Shown here piece by piece: positions 1 to 10,781 of a DNA stretch of 64,000 nt. The stretch covers positions 608,001 through 672,000 of the forward strand of contig OY969801.1 of the NCBI GenBank assembly GCA_963703225.1, given 5' to 3'. Numbering within the stretch: position 1 is the stretch's first letter; each line of letters starts with the position of its first letter. A program made the translations under genes and the position numbers. Source of the stretch: Candidatus Eiseniibacteriota bacterium (GTDB taxonomy: Bacteria; Eisenbacteria; RBG-16-71-46; SZUA-252). Below the pieces are notes generated by a model. It had not been told where the DNA came from and searched no databases. It worked only from the letters and a program-made list of their open reading frames with translations.

Positions 1-933
1 GATCGCGGACTTCCGACGACGCCCGATCAGGTCGTGGTGACTCCCGGCGGCAAGCCGGTCCTCACCTTCGCGGTGTTCGCGTGCGTGAATCCGGGGGACG
101 AGGTGATCGTTCCCAATCCGGGGTTCCCGATCTACGAGTCGGCGGTCGGATTCGCGGGTGGGAAGGCGGTTTCGCTCCCGCTCAAGGAAGAGCGCGGTTT
201 CCGCTTCGGAGCCGCCGACATCGAGCCGCTGCTCACGCCGCGGACCCGGATGCTGATCCTGAACTCACCGCACAACCCGACCGGATCGGTGCTCGCGCCG
301 CGCGACCTCGACGAGATCGCCAATCTGATACGCGACCGCGAGATCTTCGTTCTCTCGGACGAGATCTACGGAAAGATTCTCTACGAGGGAACCCACGAGA
401 CGATCGCCACCCGCCCCGGGATGGCGGAGCGGACGATCCTGCTCGACGGGTTCTCCAAGACCTACGCCATGACCGGTTGGCGCCTGGGGTACGGCGTGAT
501 GAACGCGGTCCTTGCCAAGCACGTGGCGCGGCTCGCGACCAACGTCTATTCCTGCGCCACCTCGTTCGTCCAGCGTGCGGCGCCGACGGCGCTCCACGGC
601 CCGCAGGACGAGGTGCGCGCGATGGTGGCAGAGTTCGCCCGCCGGCGCGAGGTGATCGTCGAAGGATTGAACGCGATCCCCGGAGTGCGCTGCGCCAAGC
701 CGTCGGGCGCGTTCTACGTCTTCCCGAACATCACGGGCCTCGGCATGAAGAGCTCCGAGCTCGAACACGCGCTCTTGAACGAGGCGGGCGTCGCGATTCT
801 CTCCGGCACGGCGTTCGGCTCGCACGGCGAAGGGTACCTGCGATTTTCCTACGCCAACTCGATCGAGAACATCCGCGAGGGAATTCGCCGGTTCGAGGCA
901 TTCGCCCAGAGCCACGTCAAAGCGGCGCGCTGA
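1..933 (+). CDS. PLP-dependent class I/II aminotransferase (aspartate aminotransferase-like), 5' partial
   Basis: Motifs NSPHNPTG, SDEIY and FSKTYAMTGWRLG (PLP lysine); frame is open from base 1. Confidence 0.92.
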   Translation, partial: DRGLPTTPDQVVVTPGGKPVLTFAVFACVNPGDEVIVPNPGFPIYESAVGFAGGKAVSLPLKEERGFRFGAADIEPLLTPRTRMLILNSPHNPTGSVLAPRDLDEIANLIRDREIFVLSDEIYGKILYEGTHETIATRPGMAERTILLDGFSKTYAMTGWRLGYGVMNAVLAKHVARLATNVYSCATSFVQRAAPTALHGPQDEVRAMVAEFARRREVIVEGLNAIPGVRCAKPSGAFYVFPNITGLGMKSSELEHALLNEAGVAILSGTAFGSHGEGYLRFSYANSIENIREGIRRFEAFAQSHVKAAR

Positions 934-935
934 CG

Positions 936-1892
936 TTGCCCCGCGGTCTTCCCAAAAGCCTCCTCATCACGCTCGGCGGCAACGCGATCCTCCCCGCCCG
1001 GGGGACGGGTACGTTCGATGAGCAGAGCGCGATCACGCGCCTCACGATGCAGCCCATCGCGGAGCTGATCCGCGAGGGCGTCCAGGTGGCGCTGAGCCAC
1101 GGCAACGGGCCGATCGTCGGGAACATCCTGATCCGAAACGAGGCGGCCCGGGATCAGATCCCGCCGATGCCGCTCGACGTCTGTGGCGCCGACTCGCAGG
1201 GGGGAATCGGCTACATGATGCAGCAGGCGCTCCAGAACGAGCTTCGCAAGGGCGGGGTCGATCGCACGGTCGTCACGGTGGTGACTCAGGTCGTCGTCGA
1301 CGAGAGGGACCCCGCGTTCCGACGTCCGACCAAGCCGATCGGTCCGTTCTACACCCAGGAGCGCGCCCGCCTTCTGGCCAAGGAGAAGGGCTGGACCGTG
1401 GTGGAGGACGCGGGGCGCGGGTGGCGCCGCGTGGTCGCCTCGCCGCGGCCGCTCGAAGTGGTCGAGATCGGGGCCATCCGCCGTCTGGCGGCCGACGGCG
1501 CGATCGTGATCGCCGCCGGTGGAGGCGGCATCCCTGTGGCCAAGCAGTGGGACGGCTCCTACCACGGTGTCGAGGCCGTGATCGACAAGGACCTGGCCTC
1601 CAGCCTCCTCGCCCGGCTCCTCGGGTGCGAGACGCTCTGCATCATCACCGGTGTCGATCGGGTCGCGCTCCACTTCGGGAAGCCCGAGCAGAAGGATCTG
1701 GATTGCGCGACGGCGGAGGAGCTTTCGCGCTATTCTGCCGAGGGGCACTTCCCCGCCGGGAGCATGGGGCCCAAGATCCAGGCCGCGATCGAATTCGTGC
1801 GCGGCGGAGGCCGCGAAGTGGTGATCACCTCGCCGGCCAAGATTCGCGAGGCGCTCGAGGGAACGAGCGGCACCCGCATCCGGCGGGAGTAG
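936..1892 (+). CDS. arcC: Carbamate kinase
   Basis: LGGNAI, SHGNGP, PTKPIGPFY, GVEAVIDKD and GSMGPK motifs; start taken as TTG at 936. Confidence 0.9.
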   Translation: MPRGLPKSLLITLGGNAILPARGTGTFDEQSAITRLTMQPIAELIREGVQVALSHGNGPIVGNILIRNEAARDQIPPMPLDVCGADSQGGIGYMMQQALQNELRKGGVDRTVVTVVTQVVVDERDPAFRRPTKPIGPFYTQERARLLAKEKGWTVVEDAGRGWRRVVASPRPLEVVEIGAIRRLAADGAIVIAAGGGGIPVAKQWDGSYHGVEAVIDKDLASSLLARLLGCETLCIITGVDRVALHFGKPEQKDLDCATAEELSRYSAEGHFPAGSMGPKIQAAIEFVRGGGREVVITSPAKIREALEGTSGTRIRRE

Positions 1893-1944
1893 GGGAATCC
1901 CCGCGCGGAAGGCGGCGCGCGGGCGGCGGGACGGGAGGAGGACC

Positions 1945-3424
1945 GTGCGCGACAAGGATGTCGGATTGGATGTCCAGGGGCTGACGCTCGCGGACGGCCC
2001 GCGCTGGGTGGTCCAGGACCTGAGCTTTCCGGTCGCACCGGGGACGCTCCACATGATCCTGGGGGAGCGCGACACGGGGAAGACCGCGCTCCTCGAGGCG
2101 CTCGCCGGGCGGCGATCGCTCGAGCGAGGGACGATCCGCGCGGGCGCTCCCGTCGCGCTCGTCCCCGAAGCAACGGCCCCGGCTCAGCTCCGGGTTCTCG
2201 AACGGCTGCTCCTACGCCAGCAGCCCCGGTATCTCGGCATCGGCGTTCACTGGAAGCGCGCCCGCGAGCGGGCGACGGGAGGTGGCCGCCCGGTTCGGGC
2301 TGGAGGCCCTTCTCGACGTTCCCATCGAGGCGCTGAGGCCGCTGGAGCGGCGCCTGGTCGAATTGGCCGCGGTGTGCGCGGAATCTCCTGCACTGCTTCT
2401 CCTCGACGAGCCGACTTCCGATCTTGGCCCTCATGAAGCCCGCCACTTTCTGTCCATGCTGAAGGGCGTCGCCGCCGAACGGAACATTCCCGTCGTCTAC
2501 ACCAGCTCGTGGCCGCGCGACGGTTACCCCGAGGCCGCGGGCGTGACGATCCTCTGGCGTGGGGCCGATCCGGCCACCGTGACCACCGCGGAGTGCAGCG
2601 AAGGAGCGCTGGTCGAGCGATGGACCGGTGGGATCGGGATCCGCCGGACGCCGAGCGGTCCGCACACGGCGGGGGATCCACTCCTCCGCGTCGAGGGTAT
2701 CGTACTCCGGGGCCGAGGCCGCGAGACATCTCTCGCGGGGCTCGATTTCGAGGCCAAGGCAAGCGAGGTGCTCGCGGTGGTGGGCGCCCCCGCCGACGGG
2801 CTCAACCTCCTCCACGACGCGCTTCTCGGAAGTCGGACACCCGAGCGGGGATCGATGCACTTCTTGGGCAAGGAGATGATCCAGTCGCCGCGGCGGCTCC
2901 GCGTGGAATCGGGGATCAGCTTTGTCAACCCGCCGCACGCCCGCGACCAGGCCATCGCGGAATTTTCGATCGAGGAGAACCTGATCCTGGGACAGACCGG
3001 CGGGCCGCCCTTTGCGCGGCGCGGATTTCTGCGCCATGAATCGATCCGTGGGAACGCGATCCGGACGCTTCGCGACTTCGAAATCCCCGACGCGGAGCCT
3101 TTGAACCGGTTCCGCGATCTCAAGCTTGGGGACCGCCAACGGGTCATCGTCGCGCGCGAGGTGATCCGAAACCCCGTGCTTCTGGTTGTCCGCTCCCCGG
3201 CGCAGGGGCTCTCGCTTGCCGCGCAGGAGTACGTGAGGCGGACGCTCATCCTCCAATGCGAGCGGGGGAGCGGTCTCATCTGGCTCACCGAGGACCCCGA
3301 GGAGGCGATGCGGGTCGCCGACCGGCTCGCGGTGCTTGCGGCGGGGCGGTTCGTCTGGATCCCGGTCACCGAGACGTTGACTCGGGAAATGATCATCGAC
3401 GAGATGTCGGGAGCCGCGGCGTGA
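1945..3424 (+). CDS. Sugar/nucleoside-type ABC transporter ATP-binding protein with two degenerate ABC domains, frameshifted near 2275
   Basis: Walker A-like GERDTGKT in ORF 1945..2436; LLLLDEPT and a second ABC domain in ORF 2282..3424; removing one base near 2275 gives RARERAREVAARFGL. Confidence 0.7.
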
Positions 3425-3467
3425 GGCGCGAGCATCCATCGACGTTCGATCCGCGCGGAGCGTCGGC

Positions 3468-4517
3468 GTGATTCCGGGACGCTGCCGCGGAGGTCCGTGG
3501 GCCCTGGTGGCCAACGCGGTCGTGCTTCTCGCGCTCTTTGTCGGCACCCATCTCCTGTCGATCGCGGCGGGAGAGACGGTCGGCGGGGCCTGGCCCGCGC
3601 CCTGGAGCGGCGACATCATTCTCACCGCCGCGGGCCTCCTGTTCCTCGGCCTCGGCTTCCTGCTCCCGCTCCACGCGGGGCTCCTGAACGTCGCGATCCA
3701 GGCGGAATTCTTGGCGGGGTTCGCGGCCGGGTCGCTCGTCGCGCGCTATGCGGCGCTCACCCCCGGCGCCGGGGCCGGCGTCGCGCTTCTGGCCGGGGTT
3801 GGCGCGGGGGCGGGGATCGGCGTGGCCGTCGCCTGGCTCAAGCACCGATTCGCGATTCACGAAATCCTGAGCGGGCTTCTCATGGGTGGGGCGATGGTGC
3901 CCCTCGTCCATTCCGTCGGCGTGGGGCCGACGTCAGCTCCCTCGATCACGATCGGGCTCGGCTCCCTGGCGGCGCCGCTCGCGTGGGGGCTCAAGCTCCC
4001 GCCAAACTTCGTGCTCGCGTGGGGGATTCTGCTTTTGTCGCTCGGTCTCGCGCTCGGCGTCTTGATCTCACACTTCCTGCGGGCTTCGGTCCGAGGCTTC
4101 GAGCTGCGCGCGGTCGGGTCGAATCCCCTCGGCGCCGTGGCCGCGGGCGTCGACGTGGACCGGATGCAGATCTGGGTGATGGGGCTCGGAGGGGCGTGCG
4201 CGGGATTGACCGGGGCGCTTCAGCTCTGGAGCGATCCCGCCGTCGCGCTCACGCGCTGGCCCCTTCCGCTCGGCTTTGCGGGGCTCACCGTGGCGTTCCT
4301 CGGCGGCGGGTACCTGCGCGGGGCGCTGGCCGCGGCCCTCGTCCTCGCGGTCTGGCTCAATGTCCCCGGCGCGCCCGCCGCGCTCGGGCACCCGGCGTGG
4401 GGCCCCGTGATCGCGCTGCTCCTCGTGCTCCCATCGCTCTGGATCCTGCCCCGGCTGCTCCCCGATCAGGGCGCTCCGCGGTCGATCTGGCGCACCCGGC
4501 ATCGAGAACCGCTCTAA
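3468..4517 (+). CDS. ABC transporter permease (nucleoside/BPD_transp_2-like)
   Basis: Hydrophobic protein with GFELRAVGSNP motif; follows the ABC ATPase. Confidence 0.8.
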   Translation: MIPGRCRGGPWALVANAVVLLALFVGTHLLSIAAGETVGGAWPAPWSGDIILTAAGLLFLGLGFLLPLHAGLLNVAIQAEFLAGFAAGSLVARYAALTPGAGAGVALLAGVGAGAGIGVAVAWLKHRFAIHEILSGLLMGGAMVPLVHSVGVGPTSAPSITIGLGSLAAPLAWGLKLPPNFVLAWGILLLSLGLALGVLISHFLRASVRGFELRAVGSNPLGAVAAGVDVDRMQIWVMGLGGACAGLTGALQLWSDPAVALTRWPLPLGFAGLTVAFLGGGYLRGALAAALVLAVWLNVPGAPAALGHPAWGPVIALLLVLPSLWILPRLLPDQGAPRSIWRTRHREPL

Positions 4518-4583
4518 CCCGCCTCCCTCTCCCGCACATCGAAATGCCCCGACGTCACCCTGCACTCCTGGAAGGAGGAGGTC

Positions 4584-5228
4584 ATGGAGCGTTTCTGGGC
4601 ATTCGCGGTTTGGCTTCTCTTGTTGGCGGTGGCCGCGTCGGTGGTGATCGGGATCGCGCGAAGCGAAGCGGCGGACGACGTCCGGCTGAGCGAAATTCTG
4701 GCGGGACCCGCACGCGACTGGAGCGGCGACGGGGCGTTCGACGCCCGCGACGACGAGTGGCTCGAGGTGGGGAATTACGGCGCGGCGCCGGTCGACCTGG
4801 GTCCCTACCGGGTCTCGGACGCCGACTCCACGATCCGGTTCGCGTTTTCAGGCACCCTCGCGCCGGGAGGCGTCGTCGTGGTCACGGGGCGCCAGGCCCT
4901 CGATTGGCAGCGCTCGGTGGGCCGGACTGCGACCGGATTGAGCCTCAACAACGCCGGCGACACGGTGATCTTGTTCCGGATCGGCTCCGTCGACACGGCC
5001 GCGGTCGACGTCAAGTCGTACAACAGCATCGAAGGCGCGAGCGACCGCTCGACGGGCCGCTTTGGGACGGGGGGCACCACCTGGACGCTCTTCGACGGGC
5101 TGAACAAGTACACCGGGTCGGGCCACCCCCACAGCACGGGCTGCCTGCCCACGCCCGGCGTCGAGAACGCGTGCCCCACGCCCGTGACTTCGACGACGTG
5201 GGGGAAGATCAAAGAACAATATCGGTAG
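4584..5228 (+). CDS. Secreted lamin-tail-domain protein with C-terminal TTWGKIK motif
   Basis: Signal peptide; LSEILA...DEWLEVGN...LSLNNAGDTVIL lamin-tail pattern; RBS GGAGGAGG. Confidence 0.75.
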   Translation: MERFWAFAVWLLLLAVAASVVIGIARSEAADDVRLSEILAGPARDWSGDGAFDARDDEWLEVGNYGAAPVDLGPYRVSDADSTIRFAFSGTLAPGGVVVVTGRQALDWQRSVGRTATGLSLNNAGDTVILFRIGSVDTAAVDVKSYNSIEGASDRSTGRFGTGGTTWTLFDGLNKYTGSGHPHSTGCLPTPGVENACPTPVTSTTWGKIKEQYR

Positions 5229-5262
5229 TGGGGCGGCGAGGTGAGGGATAGAGTCGCACGGC

Positions 5263-7134
5263 ATGCTCTCCAAGCTCGAGGCGACGTTCGGAGCCCGAAG
5301 GCACGGCCTGATCGCGGTCTTCTCGCTGCTGGCGATCGGCGCGCACCTCCTCCTGCGCTTCGCCTTCCACGCCGGGGAATCCACCTACCGCGCGCCCCTG
5401 ATCGCGGCGCTCGTCGTGGGCGGCGTCCCGCTTCTCTACGAGCTGATGGGGAAGGTCTGGAAGCGCGAGTTCAGCTCCGACCTCCTGGCCGGGATCTCGA
5501 TCGTCACCGCCGTCATCCTGGGGCAATACCTCGCCGGCGCGCTGGTCGTGCTCATGCTCTCGGGCGGGGAGGCGCTCGAAAGCTACGCGGTGCGGAGCGC
5601 CGCCTCGGTGCTTCGGGCATTGGCCAAGCGGATGCCATCGGTCGCCCACGTGAGGGGCGCGTCGGGGGTGGCCGATGTGCCCCTCGACCAGGTCCACGTC
5701 GGAGACACCCTCCTCGTCTACCCGCACGATATCTGCCCGGTGGATGGCGTGGTGCTCGAAGGCCACGGCTCGATGGACGAGTCCTACCTGACGGGCGAAC
5801 CGTATCGAATGTCCAAGACGCCGGGGTCGGAGGTGATCTCGGGCGCGATCAACGGCGATGCGGCGCTCGCCATCCGGGCGACCAAGTTGGCGGTCGATTC
5901 GCGCTACGCCAAGATCATGCAGGTCATGCGTTCATCCGAGCAGCACCGCCCTCGGCTCCGGAGGCTCGGCGATCAATTGGGCGCGTACTACACGCCCGTG
6001 GCGGTGGCGGTGGCCTTGCTCGCGTGGCTCGTGAGCGGCCAGGCCACCCGGTTTCTCGCGGTCCTCGTCGTGGCCACACCGTGCCCGCTCCTCATCGCGA
6101 TTCCTGTGGCGATCATCGGCACCATCTCGCTGGCGGCCCGGCGCGCCATCATCATCAAGAACCCGGCGGTGCTGGAGCAGATCGACACGTGCCGCACCGT
6201 GATTTTCGACAAGACCGGGACGTTGACCTACGGCGAGCCGCGCCTTACCGACCAGGAGTGCGCTCCTGGATTCGCGGCGCCGGACGTGTTGACGCTCGCC
6301 GCCAGCCTCGAGCGCTACTCCAAGCACCCGCTCGCCGGCGCGGTCCTCGACGCGGCGCTCGCGGAGAATCTCTCGCTCCAGGAGGCGAGCGAGATCGCCG
6401 AGCGGCCTGGGGAGGGGCTTCACGGCGTCATCGGCGGGCGACGGGTTCAAATCACGAGCCGCAAGCTGCTCGCCCAATCGGGCGCCGGGGTTGCCGGGCT
6501 GCCGCCACCCGCCGCTGGCGGCATGGAGTGCGTCCTCCTCATCGACGGCGCCTATGCCGCGACCTATCGATTCCGCGACGAGCCGCGCGCCGAGGGGGCG
6601 CTCTTCGTGGGGCACCTCAAGCCCAAGCACTACTTCCAAAAGGTGATGCTCCTGTCCGGTGACCGCGAGGCCGAGGTGCGTTACCTCGCCGATCGGGTCG
6701 GGATCAAGGAGGTGTATGCCGGCAAGAGCCCCGAGGAGAAGCTGGCCATCGTCCGCGCCGAGGTGGAGCGGGCCAAGACCCTGTTCCTCGGCGACGGGAT
6801 CAACGACGCGCCCGCCTTGACCGCCGCGACGGTGGGGATCGCGTTCGGGCAGAATAGCGACATCACGAGCGAGGCGGCCGACGCCGTCGTCTTGAACAGC
6901 TCGCTGGCCCAGGTGGATGAGCTCTTGCACATCAGCCGCCGGATGCGCGCGATCGCGCTCCAGAGCGCGATCGGCGGCATGGCCGCCAGCCTGGTCGGCA
7001 TGGGGTTCGCCGCCGCGGGCCTTCTGCCGCCCGTGGCCGGGGCCATCGCGCAGGAGATCATCGACGTGGTGGTCGTGCTCAACGCGCTCCGGGCCGCGTG
7101 GCCGCCGAAGGCGCTCACCGATTTTCGGACGTAA
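5263..7134 (+). CDS. Heavy-metal P1B-type ATPase (PCP/QExxD, P1B-5-like)
   Basis: [25 protein letters not shown] and QEIID motifs. Confidence 0.9.
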   Translation: MLSKLEATFGARRHGLIAVFSLLAIGAHLLLRFAFHAGESTYRAPLIAALVVGGVPLLYELMGKVWKREFSSDLLAGISIVTAVILGQYLAGALVVLMLSGGEALESYAVRSAASVLRALAKRMPSVAHVRGASGVADVPLDQVHVGDTLLVYPHDICPVDGVVLEGHGSMDESYLTGEPYRMSKTPGSEVISGAINGDAALAIRATKLAVDSRYAKIMQVMRSSEQHRPRLRRLGDQLGAYYTPVAVAVALLAWLVSGQATRFLAVLVVATPCPLLIAIPVAIIGTISLAARRAIIIKNPAVLEQIDTCRTVIFDKTGTLTYGEPRLTDQECAPGFAAPDVLTLAASLERYSKHPLAGAVLDAALAENLSLQEASEIAERPGEGLHGVIGGRRVQITSRKLLAQSGAGVAGLPPPAAGGMECVLLIDGAYAATYRFRDEPRAEGALFVGHLKPKHYFQKVMLLSGDREAEVRYLADRVGIKEVYAGKSPEEKLAIVRAEVERAKTLFLGDGINDAPALTAATVGIAFGQNSDITSEAADAVVLNSSLAQVDELLHISRRMRAIALQSAIGGMAASLVGMGFAAAGLLPPVAGAIAQEIIDVVVVLNALRAAWPPKALTDFRT

Positions 7135-7152
7135 GTCGAAGGCGGCGGGCGG

Positions 7153-7578
7153 TCAGTACTTCGATTGCATGATCGCGATTCCATTGGCCAGGACTTGCCG
7201 CCAGGCGCGATCGACGTCGGCGTTGAACTTCTTGTCGAACTCGCGGACCGTTCGAAGCATGCAATCGAGCCAGAGCGCGTACATCTCCGGCTTGATATCG
7301 TGGTGCCTGCGGTCGTGGCGCTCGGCGACGCGCTCGAGGTGGGCGACGCTTTCGCGGGGCGGATTGCGGCCCGAGGCCTCGAGCAGCATGAACAGCGATG
7401 ATTTGAGCATCACTTGCTGCCGCTTGAGGTCCGTGTGGGCGAATTTCTCGGCGACGGCCTTGTCCGAGGCGATGAAGATCTTGTAGAAGCTGTCGAGGAA
7501 ATCAGGGCGAGCCTGGCAGCGCTCCAGGCTGTCGTTGAACAGCTCCAGATCGCGCTCATCGATCGTCGACCGTTCCGT
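7153..7578 (-). CDS. Single-domain globin
   Basis: Frame of ORF 7153..7413 extends upstream (DLELFNDSLERC...FYKIF...KFAHTDLKRQ...ERH...IKPEMYALW); putative ACG start at 7578 after AGGAGG. Confidence 0.75.
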   Translation of the reverse strand, partial: TERSTIDERDLELFNDSLERCQARPDFLDSFYKIFIASDKAVAEKFAHTDLKRQQVMLKSSLFMLLEASGRNPPRESVAHLERVAERHDRRHHDIKPEMYALWLDCMLRTVREFDKKFNADVDRAWRQVLANGIAIMQSKY

Positions 7579-7655
7579 AGCCGCCTCCTACCCCCAGGGT
7601 CGGCCCGAAGGTACTCCTTTCGGCTACCGTTGAGAATTGCTAGGTTTCCGGCGCG

Positions 7656-8051
7656 ATGATCGCGAACCCTTGGCTCTCATTTCGGCCGTCGGACCCAAGC
7701 CGCGATTACCTGGCCATCCTGTCCGAGCTGCCGCTCAAGAGCTTTCGCCACGCGGGCCTCTTCCTCAATTTCAGCGCCCAGATCCAGAAACAGCTGAAGA
7801 CGGCGTCCGGGCTCCTTGGGTACTCGATGGCCGTCCGAATACTCCAGAAGCGCTTTTGGACCCTCTCGGTGTGGGAAGACGAGGCGGCACTCCATCGATT
7901 CGTCGGCGAAGTTCCGCACCGTCAGGTGATGGACGCCATGCATGGGAAAATGGGAGCCACCCGGTTTGTGACCTGGAAGCTTCGCGGCTCCGAGCTTCCA
8001 CCGAAATGGCAGGACGCGTTCGAACGACGCGATCGATCGCCGGAGGCGTAG
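7656..8051 (+). CDS. DUF3291-like dimeric alpha-beta barrel protein
   Basis: FWTLSVWEDEAALHRFV...HRQVM pattern. Confidence 0.6.
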   Translation: MIANPWLSFRPSDPSRDYLAILSELPLKSFRHAGLFLNFSAQIQKQLKTASGLLGYSMAVRILQKRFWTLSVWEDEAALHRFVGEVPHRQVMDAMHGKMGATRFVTWKLRGSELPPKWQDAFERRDRSPEA

Positions 8052-8060
8052 GACCCAACC

Positions 8061-8426
8061 ATGGCCACGCTCCGCTACCTGGTAACCGACGTCGACGCCT
8101 CGATCGCGTTCTATGCCGCGCTCGGATTCGAGCTGGTGGACCGGTGGGGGCCGCCATTCGCCGTGATGAAGCGGGGCGATCTCACGCTCTGGGTGAGCGG
8201 GCCCGGCACTTCCGCGTCGAGGGTCCTACCGGACGGCTCCGAGCCCCGGCCCGGCGGCTGGAATCGATTCGTTCTTGAGGTGCCCAACCTCGACTCCACG
8301 ATGGCCGACCTCAAAGCCAAGGGCGGGCGCTTTCGCTCGGAGCCAATCCAGGGGCCCGGTGGTCGGCAGGTACTCTGCGAAGACCCATCGGGGAACCCGA
8401 TCGAGTTCTTCGAGCCACGGGAGTGA
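8061..8426 (+). CDS. VOC/glyoxalase family protein
   Basis: VTDVDASIAFY...EDPSGNPIEF. Confidence 0.85.
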   Translation: MATLRYLVTDVDASIAFYAALGFELVDRWGPPFAVMKRGDLTLWVSGPGTSASRVLPDGSEPRPGGWNRFVLEVPNLDSTMADLKAKGGRFRSEPIQGPGGRQVLCEDPSGNPIEFFEPRE

Positions 8427-8547
8427 CCGGCGCCGCGGCGCATGGCGGTGGATTGCTCGGTGCCTATGGCCTTCTCCCGCTCGCGTCAGGTATTCTCCTC
8501 GGCAGCGTTGCCATCGTGAGCCTGCTGATCGTGAAGAAACAGGAAGC

Positions 8548-9051
8548 GTGAAGGTGGATGGAGATACGAAGACCATCATCTGGCAGCAATTCGGGGCGGC
8601 GATCGACATGCTTGAGAACGCCGTTCGCGCGTGTCCCGATGAGCTGTGGGGCGACCGCTCCAAACAACCGGAGTACTCGAACCTCGTCTATCACACGCTC
8701 TTCTGGCTCGATCTCTATCTGTCGGGCCCCGTGGAAGGTTTTGCTCCGCCGGCGCCATTCAACCTGGAGGAGTTGGACCCGGCCGGGGTACTGCCCGAGC
8801 GGCCCTACTCCAAGGACGTGCTTCTCGACTATCTTCGCCATGGCCGCGATAAGTGTCGGGCGGCGATCAACGGCCTGACCGACGCGAGGGCCCGCGAACG
8901 CTTGAGGTTTCGGTGGGGTGAGGTCAGTTACACCGAGCTGCTTCTGTACAACATGCGCCACGTCCAGCATCACACGGCACAGCTCAACCTCATTCTCCGC
9001 CAACAGATCGACTCGGCGCCGGGCTGGGTCGCGCAGGCGAAGGGCGGATAG
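8548..9051 (+). CDS. DinB family protein
   Basis: QFGAAIDML...YHTLFW...YNMRHVQHHTAQL His pattern; GTG start after AGGAAG. Confidence 0.8.
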   Translation: MKVDGDTKTIIWQQFGAAIDMLENAVRACPDELWGDRSKQPEYSNLVYHTLFWLDLYLSGPVEGFAPPAPFNLEELDPAGVLPERPYSKDVLLDYLRHGRDKCRAAINGLTDARARERLRFRWGEVSYTELLLYNMRHVQHHTAQLNLILRQQIDSAPGWVAQAKGG

Positions 9052-9082
9052 GGCCGTCGGGGACACGCGGAGGATCGCGCAC

Positions 9083-9925
9083 GTGAGCACGCCAGAAACC
9101 GACCACGGACAGCCAGCCACCTACGTGCTGGGCCATTCCGATCGAGAGCTCGAACGCCTCACCACGCAGGCGCGCCTGGTCGACCCGATCACGAGGCACT
9201 TTTTTGTCCAGGCAGGGATCACCTCCGGCATGCGCGTCCTCGACGTGGGCAGCGGCCCGGGCGACGTCGCCTTCCTGGCCGCGGAATTGGTGGGGAAGAC
9301 CGGCGAGATCGTCGGTGCGGACCGGGCGGCGGCCGCTCTCGCGACCGCGCGGGTCCGTGCTGAGTCGCGGTCGCTGCGGCACGTTTCGTTCCGCGAGGGC
9401 GATCCCGCCGAGATGACCTTCGACAAGCCCTTCGACGCGGTGATCGGGCGGTACGTCCTGATGTTCCAGCGGGACCCGAGCGCCATGGTCCGAAAGCTCG
9501 CCGCCCACTTGCGGCCCGGGGGCGTGATCGTCTTTCATGAGCCGGACTGGGATAGCGCCACTTCGTTCCCTCCGGCTCCGACCTACGACCAGTGCTGCCG
9601 GTGGCTCGTGGAAACACTTCGGTGGCACGGCCACGCGACCCAGATGGGGAAGAGGCTCCATGCGACCTACGTGGCGGCCGGGCTCCCGGCTCCCACCATG
9701 GGAGTGGGCGCGATCATCGGCGGAGGAGAGAAGAGCGTCGATGGCCTTCGGATGCTCGCCGATGTCACCGAGACCATGCTGCCCGGGATCGAGCGCGCGG
9801 GAGTCGCGACCGCGGCGGAGGTCGCGATCGAGACCCTCGCGGATCGGATGATCCGGGAAGCCACAGCGAACGAGAGCGTGATCGTCGGACGCATGGAGAT
9901 CGGCGCCTGGGCTCGCATTCCGTGA
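9083..9925 (+). CDS. Class I SAM-dependent methyltransferase
   Basis: YVLGHSDRELERL and VLDVGSGPGD motifs. Confidence 0.85.
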   Translation: MSTPETDHGQPATYVLGHSDRELERLTTQARLVDPITRHFFVQAGITSGMRVLDVGSGPGDVAFLAAELVGKTGEIVGADRAAAALATARVRAESRSLRHVSFREGDPAEMTFDKPFDAVIGRYVLMFQRDPSAMVRKLAAHLRPGGVIVFHEPDWDSATSFPPAPTYDQCCRWLVETLRWHGHATQMGKRLHATYVAAGLPAPTMGVGAIIGGGEKSVDGLRMLADVTETMLPGIERAGVATAAEVAIETLADRMIREATANESVIVGRMEIGAWARIP

Positions 9926-10323
9926 GTGATTTCTGGCAGAAGCGGCTCCTGCTCGTAGCGGCCGCCTGGAACATCCTGGGTGGAGCGAGTGCTCTCGTGG
10001 CACCGACGCGGCACTTCGCGCAGCTCTACGTCGCGTCGCTGTCGCTGGATGATCCGCTGCAGCTGTTTTTCTATCGCTGCACCTGGATCAACGTCATGGC
10101 CTGGGGCGTGGCATACCTCCTCGCAGCCTTTCTGCCGGCTTCGAGGCGGGTGGTCTTCCTGGCGGGCGGCGTCGGGAAGTTCGTCTACTTCCTTGCGTGC
10201 GTCGCCCTTTTCTCCAGCGGCATCGGCCAGGCTGGGCTTCTCGCCGCCGGCGTGGTCGATCTTGCCCTGGCCGCCCTCTTCGCACTCGCCCTTCGGCCGC
10301 CGCGCGTGACACAGACAGCTTGA
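9922..10323 (+). CDS. Small membrane protein
   Basis: Four hydrophobic segments; GTGA overlap with upstream stop. Confidence 0.65.
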   Translation: MSDFWQKRLLLVAAAWNILGGASALVAPTRHFAQLYVASLSLDDPLQLFFYRCTWINVMAWGVAYLLAAFLPASRRVVFLAGGVGKFVYFLACVALFSSGIGQAGLLAAGVVDLALAALFALALRPPRVTQTA

Positions 10324-10338
10324 CGGGGGAGAACCTCA

Positions 10339-10734
10339 ATGAGCGACAGGAGCACGGCCAGGTTCGGCCTAGCCCAGATCGGCCAGATCTCCGTACCGGT
10401 GGCCGACATCGACCGAGCGATCGCGTTCTACCGGGATGTCTTGGGAATGCGATTTCTCTTTCAAGCTCCACCAGGTCTGGGTTTCTTCGACTGCGCGGGC
10501 GTTCGATTGATGCTCGATGCTCCGGCCAAATCCCAGGCCGGGAGCCATAGCTCGGTGATTTACTACAAGGTTCCCGATCTCGACGCGGCGTACGCGGCGC
10601 TGCTGGCGCGAGGCGTTCCTTTCGAGACGAAGCCCCACCTCATCGCCAAGCTGCCCGACCACGAGCTGTGGATGGCCTTCTTCCGCGACCCGGACGCAAA
10701 TATTCTCGCGATGATGAGCGAGGTGCGGGGCTAA
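10339..10734 (+). CDS. VOC/glyoxalase family protein
   Basis: IGQISVPVADIDRAIAFYRDVLG...FFRDPDANIL. Confidence 0.85.
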   Translation: MSDRSTARFGLAQIGQISVPVADIDRAIAFYRDVLGMRFLFQAPPGLGFFDCAGVRLMLDAPAKSQAGSHSSVIYYKVPDLDAAYAALLARGVPFETKPHLIAKLPDHELWMAFFRDPDANILAMMSEVRG

Positions 10735-10781
10735 TCGGGTCGCCACCTTCGGCCGAGAATTGGGGCGCCTAGGGAACGTGG

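Noticed and set aside
81..935. 603-aa ORF as a fusion protein
   Set aside because: The N-terminal part is an off-frame overlap of the aminotransferase; only 936-1892 is carbamate kinase.
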